This document shows, one piece after another, positions 11,166 to 23,804 of a stretch of 64,000 nt of DNA. The position numbers were made by a program, and so were the translations under genes. The stretch is taken from NCBI GenBank assembly GCA_028534125.1, contig CM052818.1:26042001-26106000 (forward strand), read 5' to 3'. Positions within the stretch are counted from its first letter, which is position 1. Each line of letters opens with the position of its first letter. The notes under the pieces were generated by a model. The model was not told the origin of the DNA. It saw only the letters and a list, made by a program, of their open reading frames with translations, and ran no database searches. Source of the stretch: Lama glama (Eukaryota).

Positions 11166-14100
11166 CAAGGTGTTTAACCTATTTTTGTAACTACTCCAGT
11201 AGCCAGCCAAGCTTTTGACTAGTTTTTAACATGTCAGGAAGGACAAGCCTTCCTTTGTTTACAGCTCTACAGCCAGTGGGTGGTGTTTTGCTGACAGTCA
11301 ACTGTTCTCTGTAAGAGAGCATGCCTTTACATTTCCACGTTCTCTTCTGCAGACCCAAACTTGGGTGGGCCACCCTCGCGAAAATCTGGAATCAGGAGGG
11401 TTTCAACCATGACCAGCAGCTAATGCTGCTGTGTAATTTCAGCCAAACAGACGTTGAGAGCTAGGTGAAGTTTGAAGGGGATCACATGGAGACGGCCAGG
11501 GGCACAGGCCGGGATGACGGGCAGTGTGGCACACAGGAGTGAGTGCTAGCTAGGGAGCAGTGCGTTGTCCCAGAGCCCCTGAATTCAACTGTCCCAGGAC
11601 GAGCCCCCAGAAGCCGTTTTGGCTATCTCATCAAATGTGTCTTCTGGTAGTTTGTTCTGGCACAAGCGGTCTACTTCAAGAATTCTGAGCCTTGATTTAA
11701 AACAACAGGGGAAATAGTCAATGAATGTTTCACACCCACTTTGTGTCCACAAGAGAGTACTTTGGGCTTAAAATCACAGACCAACAGGGGATCCAATTTA
11801 CCTTACACCTCATCCCCAAAGCCAACTCAGCTTAGAGGTGACAGCCTATTCCAGGTCAGGTATAGGGAGTGGGGACATTCTTCCTGGAGATTATCCCCCC
11901 AGAAAGCAGTGTATTGAATTCCATATTTCTCCTCTGGTTTGTGTCATTTCCTGCCTCACTCTGAATGCTGAGGACTCGGCCCCGTCAGCCCCTCACGAGT
12001 TGTGAGACCACCTGCCTTGGCTAAAGTCACAGCTAGAGTTTCTTTTTTTTTACAGTGCTCTTCAGAGACAGACCACTTAGCAAAACACAGGATGTTTTTT
12101 CAACAAGGGTCACTCCTAAGAAAGGGCCAGTGTTTGACTTGTTTCACTGCCAATGAAATGGAGTTGGAGCAGTCTTTGGCAGCTGCTTCTTGGTCCTATT
12201 AGCTTGTTTTAAGATATGGCCTTCTTCATTTTCAGCCTTACTGAACCTTCATTTGTTTGACTTCCCCTCCAGAATGATTTTTCTAGCCATCCTCTGAGTA
12301 GAGTGACCAAAAGCAAAGTTGGAGTGATCCCCTCTTACCTCCCACCGACCTGCTTCAACCTCAATTCCTGTTCTCAGTCTCTGCTCCACACACTAGATCC
12401 CTCCAGGGCTTAGTCTGCCCTTCAAATAATGAACCTCCGATATTGTGATGGGCATGTTTGTGTTGGGCCTTCCAACCCCTCGCTGGAGTTAATACAATAT
12501 AAAGCATCTCTGGATTTATAGCTTGCATTTGGCTTGGTCAGTGCAATCATCCTCTGCCAAGGGCAATATCAGCAGGGGGTAGAGACCAGTAAAAGAACCA
12601 AACAAATAGAAGCTTACTCCTTACTAAACCAGAAAGCAAACCTGCCATCTGTGTCCACGTACCCTTTTCCAGGAGGCTTGGAAGCAAATTTTCCTGACTC
12701 TAAGTTGGCAATTTCATCGGCTTGGCAGAGATTCCTGGAGCTTCCTTTGAGTAAGTAGCTCTCTGAAACCCGGCAGAAGTAGCAGTTACCCTCTGAGTTA
12801 TGCATTCTCTCCGACTCTCAGTGTTTTAGGAGGAATTCGTTGTAATTAATTCCCCACCCCCTCTTCCTGCAAAACTTCACTGTGTGGCTGGCTCAGCTCC
12901 ACTCACTAACACCTTCTTCATCTCAAGCTCTTTTGCCCAAAGTTCCCTTTTATCAGGAGCTGGTTCCTGGGCCAGCTGTGGTCGCTGAAGCTTTTATGGT
13001 AACTTTTCTCCCGCTCCTGAACTTTGCTTCATTTGGCCTCATTTTCTTACTACATTTTTGTCTGAGATGGAATAAGAGGACAGGGAAGGGAAAAACTATT
13101 CTCCTGAAATTGTGCCCATTCCTGAAAAATTGACCAATTAGCTGAGTTCCTTAGGCCTAAAAGCAGCTTTTATACCTAAATCATGAAAAACTTAGCAAAA
13201 TATATGACTCCAAGGGGCCTGTCTCCATTTGCCTTTTTCCTCTCGCCTGCAATAACAAAGAAAGATTCCTCCAATGGATTCTCCATCCGAACTCTTCTAC
13301 ATACAGCTTTTGTTCAGAGTGTGAGCGGAGGCCAAGGGGAGGTCAGAGTCACCCCCACAGTGAAACCCAAGGGGCTTCATGAAGACACTGTGTGCTTTTC
13401 TTCCTGATCAAGATCCTAGAACATCTTGCCACACAAACCAAAAGGTTCCACCGATCCTCTGTCCATCAAGCTCCTGCCATTTATCTGAGGGATAGAGACT
13501 TCCTCCTCCCAGGAAATGGCAGAAGCTTATGCAGGTGAGTTCTGGACTGTGTAAAGGTGACAAATACCTGACCTATGTTTGGATCTCTGAGCCACCAGAT
13601 TCCAGTGAATCTTCTTTAGTCTGTTATTAGTGTCCGTGTCTTCCTTCTGGTAGAACTTCATGTAGGTCTCAATGTTAAAAACTACTGCAGTCTTGGGAGC
13701 ATCACCACTCAGAAGCTGAGAAATATGGTCTCATTTCCCTTCCCTCTACTGTCACTCACAGCAACATGTACTCCCTTCCCCACCGGGCGTCGGCCTTCTT
13801 CCCTAATGGACAGATGGATCCACTTATCCTTGTAGCTCTGGTACCCACTGCATAGGGAGCACTGCCTTTAGCAGGTCCTCAGTAAGTGGCTCTAAATGGA
13901 ATTCAGCGAGGGGCCACTTTGGTCTCTGAGCAGCCAACACAAAAAGAAATAGACATAAGCATGATTTATTCTCATTCCTCATCAACTCCATTTTAGTCTT
14001 CTCAATCCCTTGCTAAACATTCTCAAGGGTCCAGGATTCCCAGATAATTTCCTTTTGGGTCTTGCTTAGGCTCAAGAATTTTCTCTCCTTCCTCACTCCA

Positions 14101-14660
14101 CAATTCATCACCAGAAAGGTGCTTCCCACAGAGCTGATGTGTTAATGATGGTTTAATTCCATTACGGTGGTTGCATTTTATCTGATGTCTGCACATAAAG
14201 GCAGAACTAATGGGGAGTTTAGGCACAACCAGGAGCCACTGAGGACGTTACTTTTGACCGATAGTAGTCATCACCAAATATATCAGTGTTACTTCTTGCA
14301 GGCTTATCCTCAGCTTGTGTACAACTGAGTGACTTTGAGGACAGATATTCCTGGAGTTCTGTCTACATGGATCAAACTTGCCCACAAAGTTGCTCCCATC
14401 AACAAAACCAGTCAAATCAGTAAGTGGAGGAAACAGACCTGCTGTTAGGAGTTCTGAGGGAAACTGCACAGTGGATGATGAGCCGGTCAGGATCCAGCCA
14501 GGACCCAGGAGTCTAGGTCTTGTTACAGGCAGCAGAGAGGGGATCACACCCTCCTCCTGGGAATGCCATCTTCACTCCACTTCAGGGACCACACATCTCA
14601 ATTTTCTTTTTCTCTCCTTCTTCCCTGATGTTTCTGTGAAAAATGCTCCCATCTGGACAG

Positions 14661-14890
14661 TCTATGTTAGTTTCCTCGGGTCACCATAACAAATTACCAC
14701 AACCCAGTGGCTTAAATCAACTAAATTTTATTTTCTCCCAGTTCTGGAAGCCAGAAGTTCTAAATCCAGGTGTTAGCAGGGTTGGTTCCTTTTGGAGGCT
14801 CTGAGGAAGAATCTGTTTCACACCTGCTAGCTTTTGGAGGCTGTTGGCAACCTTTTGTGCTCCTCGGGTTAGTGGGGCATTAACTCCAGT
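14661..14890 (-). mobile_element. MaLR LTR fragment (MLT1C/D-like)
   Basis: ttagtttcct...ataacaaattaccacaacccagtggcttaaa...cagttctggaagccagaagttctaaatccaggtgttagcagggttggttcc. Confidence 0.85.
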
Positions 14891-15179
14891 ATGCACTTTT
14901 TATAGGCATAGGGGCTATGCCTTGCACCTGTTCATTTTTGATGCACTCTCTTTAAAGGTTGTCATGAGTCTGGGCTGCAGAGACCATGACACCCTCCTCT
15001 GGCCCCAGGTGCCTTTAGCAAGGTGGTTGGGCTGACCCCAGTAAATGAATGTTGGTTAAGATAAATGTCAGTTGACTCTGTCTAGGTGATGTCAATTTAG
15101 TCATGTCAGGTTTACACTTGACCTGGCATTTTCCTTTTAGAAGCCAAAGCCTTTTGAGGTAATGGTTAGCAATCCCATT

Positions 15180-15400
15180 CAGGGATGTGCTGGGGCCAGT
15201 TTGTGTTGCCTCTTGAGAGCCAACTGTATATGTCTCTTCTAAACTCTGCATTCAGTGACATCACATTAAAAGCTTGAAATCAGCCATGTTAGAAGTATTT
15301 TCAACATGGAAATTGATAAACTCAACAAATCAGTCCCTCCCCCCAACACCATCCTCACCCCCAGAGAGCCAGCTGTTAAACATTTACCAGCACACCACTG
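15180..15400. mobile_element. MER63A-like hAT-Blackjack element
   Basis: TIRs cagggatgtgctgg ... ccagcacaccactg; internal ttcagtgacatcacatt...gcttgaaatcagccatg. Confidence 0.85.
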
Positions 15401-16626
15401 TTATGTTGCTAAATTCAACAGTCAATTCTCAGTCCTTATCCCACCTGACATCTGGACTTGATGACACAGTGATCACTCTCTCTTTTTGGGAGCACCATCT
15501 TCACTCAGCTTCCGGGAGACCATACTTCTCAATCTGCCTTGTTCATTCCTTCTCTTTTCCCTGATCTCTTAACATTGAGTGAACCTGGGATTTCAATCTT
15601 GGACCTCTTCTCTTCCCTTCCCTACCTACACTCATTCTTTGGTGCTTTCACTCAGGTTTATAGCTCTAAATTCCATCTGTGTGCTGAGGACTTCAAATGT
15701 GTGTTACATTACTAGTTTGGACTTCTCTGAACTACAGTCCTGTATACCAAGTGGCCAACTCTATAGCTCTCCTTGGATATCTGATAGACATCTCAATTTG
15801 AAATGGGTAGAATCGAAACCCCGAGATTCTGTCCAAAACCTGCTTCCTTGATAGTTTTTTTTTTTTCCCATCTCAGTTTAAAGCAGCTTCATCCTTGAAG
15901 CTGCTCAGGCTCCAAACCTTGAAGTCATGTTTGACCTCACTATGTCTTTCACAGCCTCACATCTAATCCACCAGTAACCTCGCTGGCTCTGCTTTCAGAA
16001 TACGTATGTCTGAAATCTGACCACTTTTCATAACTGACCATAAACACCCTCTAAGTCTAGATTTTTGCAGCATTCTTCTATTTGCTGTCCTGTTTCCACC
16101 TAGTCTGCTTCCAGTCTCTCAGGCAGAGTGACAGCTCCAGTCATTACGACGGGCTGCCTTACTGACCTTTCCAACTCTCTGACCCCATCTCCTACTGACT
16201 CCACCACAAGCACACGAGCGCCCTCCTGGTTTCCACAATGTCAGGGATGCTTCCACTGGAGGCCTGTGCATGGCTGTTCCTTCCGCTCTCCCCCCGAAGT
16301 TGCTTAGCTTGCTCCCTCATCTCTTTCATGAATTCTCAAATGTCATCTGATTCGTAGTTATGTCTACACTGATCATTCTATTTTGGAAAAAAAAAATCCC
16401 AGAAAAACAACAGTAACAAGAACAAAAAGCAAATCTAGCCTCATACTCTCCATCCCACCCCCTGCTCCACTTTTTCCATTGTGCCCGTCATCTAACATTC
16501 TTTATCACTGACTGACTTATGTCTGCTTCTCATTTCTAGAGTGTAAATTCTATGAGGGCAGGAATTTTTGTCCATTTTGTTTTACTGTTGCCTCTCCAGG
16601 GCCTCCAACAGTCCTGGTACATCGTA
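15401..16626 (+). mobile_element. L2 LINE (about 1.2 kb; 3' tail resumes at about 18228-18255)
   Basis: gttgctaaattcaacagtcaattctcagtccttatc...ctagagtgtaaattctatgagggcaggaatttttgtcc...aacagtcctggtacat. Confidence 0.85.
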
Positions 16627-16726
16627 CAATTGATTCTCATCATTTATGACAGTTATGTTCTATAAAGTTGCCACAAACATTGAATTAGTAAATCCTAAAT
16701 GATTGCTTCTAAAAGAAATACAGGGT

Positions 16727-17539
16727 ATCACCTTGCACCAATCAGAGTGGCCATCACCAAAAAGTCTAAAGATAATAAATGCTGGAGAGGGTGTGGAGAA
16801 AAGGGAACCCTCCTGCACTGTTGGTGGGAATGTAAACTGGTGCAGCCACTATGGAGGACAGTATGGAGGTTCCTTAAGAAAACTACAAAGAGAGTTACCA
16901 TATGATCCAGCAATCCCACTCCTGGGCAATATATCTGGAAAAGATGAAAACTCTAACTTGAAAAGATTCATGCACCCCAATGTTCACAGCAGCCCTATTT
17001 ACAATAGCCAAGACATGGAAACAACCTAAATGTCCATTAACAGATGAGTGAATAAAGAATATGTGATTATATATATATACACACACACACAATGGGACAC
17101 TATTCAGCCATAAAAAGAATGAAATAATGACATTTGCAGCAACATGGATAGACCAAGAGATTATTATACTAAGTGAGATAAGTTAGAGAGAGAAAAGCAA
17201 ATATCATATGATATCACTTACATGTGGAATCTAAAAAGATGATGCAAATGAACTTATTTACAAAACAGAAATAGACTCACAGACATGGAAAACAAACTGA
17301 AGGTTACCAAAGGGGAAAGGGGGCAGAAGGGAGGGATAAATTAGGAGTTTGGGATTAACAGATACTAACTGCTATATATAAAATAAATAAACAACAAGGA
17401 CCTACTGTATAGCACAGGGAACCATATTCAATATCTTGTAATAACCTATAATGGAAAAGAATCTGGTACAGCAAGGTGATTCATATATATATATATATAT
17501 GTATATATGTGTGTATATATATATGTGTGTGTATGTGTA

Positions 17540-17575
<36 letters not shown>

Positions 17576-17650
17576 CACATATATATAACTTCGCTGTACC
17601 CCTGAAACTAACACAATATTGTAAATCAACTATACTTCAATTGAAAAAAA
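16727..17650 (+). mobile_element. L1 3' end nested inside MER82
   Basis: [51 protein letters not shown] (ORF2 cysteine-rich domain), 3'UTR and A-tail. Confidence 0.95.
17483..17588. repeat. Compound (TA)n/(TG)n microsatellite
   Basis: Direct inspection. Confidence 0.95.
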
Positions 17651-18555
17651 GAGAAAAACAGCATTAGGTTCCTGTGAGCCTCCGGTCACAACATTTTTGC
17701 CAACCAGTCAATATATAACCTTGTTTTGTGCGTATGTCTGCTGAAAGACACTTTACTTAACACATACAGTTGATTCTTTAGCATTGCACTCACAGCCAAC
17801 AGCACTGTAACGCGTGCCTGTACAAGGCTGATCTAAGACACGTATTTTCTCGGAGGGCACATCACAGCCTCATTGTGCTGAGGAACACTAGACAGCAGCA
17901 CACGACACTACACTTGGGGGCCATTTTAAAGAGTGAAGTCATCGACAAAAAGTACAAAAATGTGAAAAACATGACACTAAATGGCCCAGGGAAGGACACT
18001 TGTTTACGGGATGAGGGAAGGCAAAAGAGAAGGAAGGCAAAGCATCGCCTTGTTCGACTTGAGCTGTTTATGTGCACATCAGATGACTCAAATTTTTTGC
18101 TGCTCTGTTCACGGCTATAGATGATTGTGAAAGCAATGTGAATGTTGATTTGGGGATTACAAATACATTTTAGTGAGTAGGCAAATTTGCAAATATTCAT
18201 GAATTCACGAATAACGAAGTTCAGCTGCGTCTGCTCAACATGCATTTTTCGAGTATAAACTTGACCTTCTGACACCATCAGACATGTGGCCTCTAGAAAT
18301 TTTGGGATCAAATATCTATAGAGCCTCTACCTGGTATACTCTGGGTGGTTCCTTAGAGCTGCATGTCTTAAAGCTTCCCCCATATTTTCATTGAAAAGCC
18401 CATCAGAGGATTCACTCCCTTAGGATTCAAAACATCCATGTTATGTTGAACATGTGCAATAAATGATTAGGACTAGGGACACAGGAAGGCAGGGTGCACT
18501 GAGGAGGGGAGAGGAGCAAATACCATGTCCTTGCCTGCACATTAACATGTGATAG

Positions 18556-19123
18556 GTGGCAGATTTATTTACCAAAGATGGCCAATGTCTCTCCTCCCAC
18601 ATACTCTTCCCCAATGTGACCTTGCCCCTCTCTCATCAAGAGAGTCCATTTTCCTTCCCTTGAATCTGAGCAAGCTTACGATTATTTAAACAGTACAGTA
18701 GGCAAAAAATGATGCTGTTTGACTACAGAGGCTGATTCATAAAAAGCGATGCACATTCCACTTTGTTAGAATATTAGCTCTGGAGCCCTGAGTCTGACTA
18801 CTCTGAGGCCACCATACTGTAAGCAAGCCACCCCATGTGGAAAGGCCATGGGAAAGTCCTAGTCTTTGAGTCACATTTGCTTAGGAACCAGACATGTGAG
18901 GGAGGGAGCCAACAGACGATTTTAACTCTGAGCCATTGAGTAACCCTCAGCCTTTGAAGCTTTCCAGCTGAAGTTCAAGACTCTGTGGAGCAGAGACAAG
19001 TCAATGCTACTGTGTCCTGGTTGAACTTAGCCAACCCACAGGACCTCTGAGCATGAGGAATTGATTTTTTTAAGCCACTATACATTTAGGGTGTCGTTTG
19101 TTTCACAATAAGTGACCAGAACA
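18556..19123 (+). mobile_element. MaLR LTR (MLT1F/G/H-like)
   Basis: tggcagatttatt...caaagatggcc...cccttgaatctgagc...tgtggagcagagacaagtc...ttttaagccacta...gaccagaaca. Confidence 0.78.
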
Positions 19124-19286
19124 GATGGTTATTAAATTCACTGATACTGCTAAGCCAGATCTTGAGAGAAGGGAACACAGGACATATTTTGATTCAGGGC
19201 ATAGTCTAGTATACTACAGTCAACTACTAAAATCATTCAGATAGCTGTAAGATTGTTGCTTGTCCCTAGCTTGCAGCACTCATCAG

Positions 19287-20060
19287 TATTTGTTCAACAA
19301 AATTTTATTGAGCACCTACTGCAGGGCAATTTTAAGAACAAGATTTACAGTAACAAACAAGAAGGTGTAATGGGGAAGAAAGATGATAAATGAGATAAAA
19401 AACAAACAAAACTTTTCATGTTTAAGGTCATAGAATCTGTCAGAAGGGAATGTGGGCAATTGACAAGGTTGAAAAGATGAGCAGAAATAAGATTATGAAG
19501 GGTCTCTAGGTCATGGGAAGAAGACTGGATTCTCCTGAATCCAGTGGGAATTCATTGAAAGGCTGACATGATCATCTGCCTTTTGAGAGAGTAACTCTGG
19601 ATGCACTGGATGGAGCAAGAGTGGATATAAGGAGACTCATCCAGGCAAAAGATGATGGTGACTTGTAATAGAAAAGTGCCAGAGGGCACAGAAAGAAATC
19701 ACCAATTCTGAGACCTACTTTGGAAGTAGAATTGACCAAACTTGGGTTGAATGTCTGAGTTGAGAAATGCATGAGTGAACATGCCATTTATTAAGGTGGG
19801 GAAGATAGGGAAGGGACAAAGACAGTTTAGAAGGAAGCAGGAGAAAGAAAGATTTGTGCATTTCATGTTTGCAATGCCCATAAGATGTTCAAGAGGAGAT
19901 GGACAGTGGTCACAGGGACAAGTGGTTCTGGAGTTCAGACCTGAAGCCTGAGATTTGAGATGCTATTAAAACCAGAGGAATGATCTAAGAGGAAAGACAG
20001 AAAGCGAGGAGAAAGAAGAGAAGCCAAACCCAAGAACTCCAGCATTTAGGAGGAGGAATC
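19287..20060 (-). mobile_element. L2 LINE
   Basis: tttgttcaacaaaattttattgagcacctact...gagacctactttggaagtagaattgacc...ctggagttcag. Confidence 0.75.
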
Positions 20061-21110
20061 TGCCAAGAGCACTCTAAATGACAGCTCTGTCAAGACTCGT
20101 CCACCCAGCAGAGTGTATGGGGAAGGATAGAGGGAACGAGCTGCCATCCTTGGAGCAGGCTCTGCTGTGCCACTAGTTCAGACCTGCCGACCTGTGCAAG
20201 GATGCCATTCATGCTTCTGGTCTGACAGCCACTGCCCACCTGTTCTTTCCTGGTTTATCTGGTTCTTCTGACATCAACCCTGGTCCGTTTGCTTAGGATT
20301 TCCTGATGGTCTGTTACCTCCAGTTTTGTCTGATTCTTTGGAACCCAACTCTTAAGAAGACATCCTGCTTGCTAGGCCATACATTTGTACCCAGAGTAGT
20401 AGTTGATTGTAGCCCCATCCTTTTGTCTGTACCATCCCTTGTGAACTGCTGAACCTCCTGACCAGTTCAGCTCCTGGGCCTCCGCTAGGTGGGCTATAGA
20501 AAAGGAGCGAGAGAAATTGAGGAAACCATTTGCTTACCTTAAGCCTTTCTTGGAAGTGGGACAAGTTATCTAATCTATAGCAAAGTAGACAATGTTCTAG
20601 CATATTTAATAATAACCCAGGAAACTACTAAAATATGGCTACCCTTACTCAGTCTGCTTATCCAGCTTTTAATGGTTCAGGTAATTTGTTTCCACTTGCT
20701 TTGCACACTGAATGTTAGAAAAGGCCATATCAGAAGCAAGAAAGGGGAGATGAAACTGAAATTCACTCAACAACTGTTTCTTTCTCAGTTTGTCTACTTT
20801 GCACCTTAAAAGTCAATTTTTGTTGTTGCTGTTGTTCTTGAATAAGAAGACCTAATTCAGGGACTTTTGGATGGCTGGACCTTTCATTCGTCAATTCCAT
20901 TTCTAACAAGGATGACAAACTGCAGTTTACCATTGTCTTTTCTGAATTTCAGTCTGCATGGTTATAGGACTGTGTGATTAGCCTTCAAAAAAAAAAAAGA
21001 CTGGTTGCAGCTTGTGACATCACCCTTCATCGATCAACTTTTTTTCATAAACAATTTCACTGGACTGGGGGAGGGCTATGGAAGGACAAAGAGTTTCTCA
21101 GGCAAAGACT

Positions 21111-21125
21111 TTCCGGGAAATTCCC
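21111..21125. promoter_or_regulatory. Overlapping STAT GAS and NF-kB sites
   Basis: TTCCGGGAA (21111-21119) overlaps GGGAAATTCCC (21115-21125); motif match only. Confidence 0.45.
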
Positions 21126-22254
21126 AGCACAGTCAGTCTAGCTGAGAAAAACTCCAGGCCAAAGCCACCTGGCGCTGGTTCTAGGTCCATGTTGGGAGTC
21201 TGTCTGGGACAGGGACCTGCACAGACCAGGGAGGCCTTGCTGCCATGCAGGGCCTCTCAGAGGCTGAAGCAGGCCAGGGCTTACCCAGAGGTATGAGCCC
21301 AGGGGAGCTCAGGTCCTCACCTGGCATCTCAGAGGGAGCCACCTCTTGTTGGTTCAGCTTAGACCTACATGTGAGCCACTGGGTCAGCTCTGGATCTGAC
21401 AGGCTTAGCAGTGGGGTGTCTTTGGGGGCAGGAAGTGATCAGGACTCTGGCCAGGCCCATATCTGTGCAGCTGAGTCCACTTTAGGGAGGTAAGTGGAAA
21501 AAATTTACTTGTTTGGTCATTTCCTTACGTGACACATAATTAAGCCAAAGTCCTTCTGAAGTATATATGAGCATTTTAAAGTTTTTTTTTTAAATTCTGT
21601 TTTCTATAACTTTAAATCATGACTTGGGTGCAAGGAAAGATGGTCCACTCTGCGGTAGCAAAGGTGGGCAAGAGAAGACACTGGAGTCCAGCGTGAGACT
21701 GAAAGTCACTGTGGTGACTGATTCCAGGTGGGCAGCTGGGGTTGGCTCTGCAGGGAAAGGCCATTCTGTCTGTGCAGCAGACAGGAGGCCATGGGGTTCA
21801 GCCGACATGGGAAGGGGTTTTGGAGGCAGTGTGGCCTTCTGCTGGGCTTAGACAGTGGACAAGGAAGGAGGACAGACCACTGAAAGGCAGGGCAGAGACG
21901 TCTCTAGACATCAGATTGAGGATTGGGGCAGGGCCACCATCCTCACCATCCTGAAGGGGTGGGGAGCAGGTAGGGTCAATGGGCCAGAACGAAAGAACAG
22001 GCATCAAGACAGAGGCTAACACGGCTCCACAGGGAATGGGAGAGAATAAGGTCACCAATAGTTCATTTAACATGGACTTCACACAAAATCAAGATATTTC
22101 TTTACCATCCAGAGTAGATTATCCGAGGCACAGGGGACAGAGGAAGGAGGAATGTTTCTTTCTGTGCCTCCCATGTCCACTTTCATAGACTACATTTTGC
22201 TCACCATCCACCCCTTACCTCATCCCCTCTTCCTTCTCCATCTCTCCCAGCCAC

Positions 22255-22310
22255 CTTCCTCTTTCTTCCTTCGTCCCTCCCTCCCTTCCTTCCTTCCTTC
22301 CTCCCTTCCT
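22255..22310. repeat. (TTCC)n polypyrimidine repeat
   Basis: Direct inspection; lies at the L2 tail. Confidence 0.85.
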
Positions 22311-22710
22311 CGGATGTCTATTGAACACTAACTATATGCTGAAGGTACAGCAGAAAGAGCTCTCATGGAGCTTTCATTCTAGTCAGACAAGCCATACTAC
22401 AAACAAATATAGAACCACTGAACATATCAAGCGGTAAAAAAAAAAAAGTGCTATGAAGAAAAATAAAAGTAGAATAAGGTTATGATTAGGGAGGCCAGGA
22501 AAGATCTGTCTGCCAAGATGACATTTGAGCAGAGCCCCAGATGAAGTAAGAGAGCCAGCCATACAAATGTGTGGGGCCAGATCTGGATGGGTAAAGCCAC
22601 GGGGTAGGACCACATCTGGCTGTTTGAGGATCAGTAAGGAGGCCTGTGTGGCTGCAGCCATGTCAGGCAGAGAGGGGAGTGGTAAGAGGTGAAGACAGAG
22701 GTAACTTGAA
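22311..22710 (-). mobile_element. L2 LINE
   Basis: ctattgaacactaactatatgc...ctctcatggagctttcattctag...gatgacatttgagcagagccc...tgtttgaggatcagtaaggaggcc. Confidence 0.8.
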
Positions 22711-23804
22711 GCCCGTTCCTGTGGTAGTAGCTAGCTGTCTGCCTCCAGCTTCAGGAATTTTGTCTTTCCAGGGTATAGTCCCTTAGTGGCTTTTGAAATA
22801 CCGAAAAATGTCAAAACAAAAATGAATGAATCTAAAGTGTCCTTTCGAAGTCTGGGGAAAGTGCTTCAAACCCCAGCACGGGTATCTGCCTTTCACAGCC
22901 TCGCTCCCCTTCTCTCTAAGAGTTGTTTCCAGCCTGCGGATGTGGGGGTGGCAGGAGAAGGGGGACTTCCTGCAGCAGGAGCAGAAAACATCAGACTGTG
23001 TTCTCTGGTTGTGGGCCTCCTCCCACCCGGCAGATGTCTCCTGGGAGGGCCGCAAGGCAGGCGGGGGTGGGGGCTGCCAAACGCGGCTTGGGCCCAGCTG
23101 CCCTTGCCCTCTTCATGGTGGGCCTCGCCTTCTAGGGGCTCAAAGCCTCTCAGGTGTCAACCGGTTATTTTTTCTAATACGAGGTTAAGTCTTGGGATTC
23201 TGCGAGCTTTGAAGAAAGTCACAGGCTTTTGGTAAACTCATGGCTCCCACTCGCTCTCTGGAACTCTTTCACCTTTCATTTGTGGGGCTGAATTACCAAG
23301 AGCTTTTCAGCTAAATGTGAATGTTGAAATGAATTACTGACCATTTTGTTTTTCTACTGAGAACAGGGGAACCAAGGGGCCAAATGGCATTTTGAAAGTA
23401 TGCATTTAACATGTGGAAGGAGGGAAAGTTTCTAGTTCCAAACAGAGAAGTCTGTTGGCAGTATTCAGTCAAAAAAGGGATAGAGTTCATGCTTTCTTTT
23501 CTGCTTTTTTTAAAGGACCAAATACTTGACTGAAAGTTCTATTTTAGTGAGGAATGAAGGTCTTTGTGAAAGGAAAGATCAGTTTCTTCCAGTTCTCTGC
23601 TTCTTTACTAATAAGCTATCCAAGAACTTACTTCTCTCTGTCTTTCTACTTGTATGTATCTAAGGTGACAAAAATCACATAAGAATCAGGGAAAGAACAT
23701 CACATGAGGAGCAAGCATAGATTAAAATGCCTCAAATCTATCTAGTTTAATTGTCAACAAAACCAACTTACCAACATCTTGTGATCTAAACTAGCACATT
23801 TTGG

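Larger units (their letters stand above)
16627..18227 (+). mobile_element. MER82-like TcMar-Tigger element split by an L1 insertion
   Basis: Starts after TA with caattgattctcat...gttatgttctataaagttgcc; resumes ttaggttcctgtgagcctccggtcacaacatttt at 17664; ends gaataacgaagttcagctg. Confidence 0.85.

Noticed and set aside
20537..20575. Isolated minus-strand micro-exon candidate (a similar one lies at about 39500-39565)
   Set aside because: Splice-like signals at chance frequency with no coherent gene model
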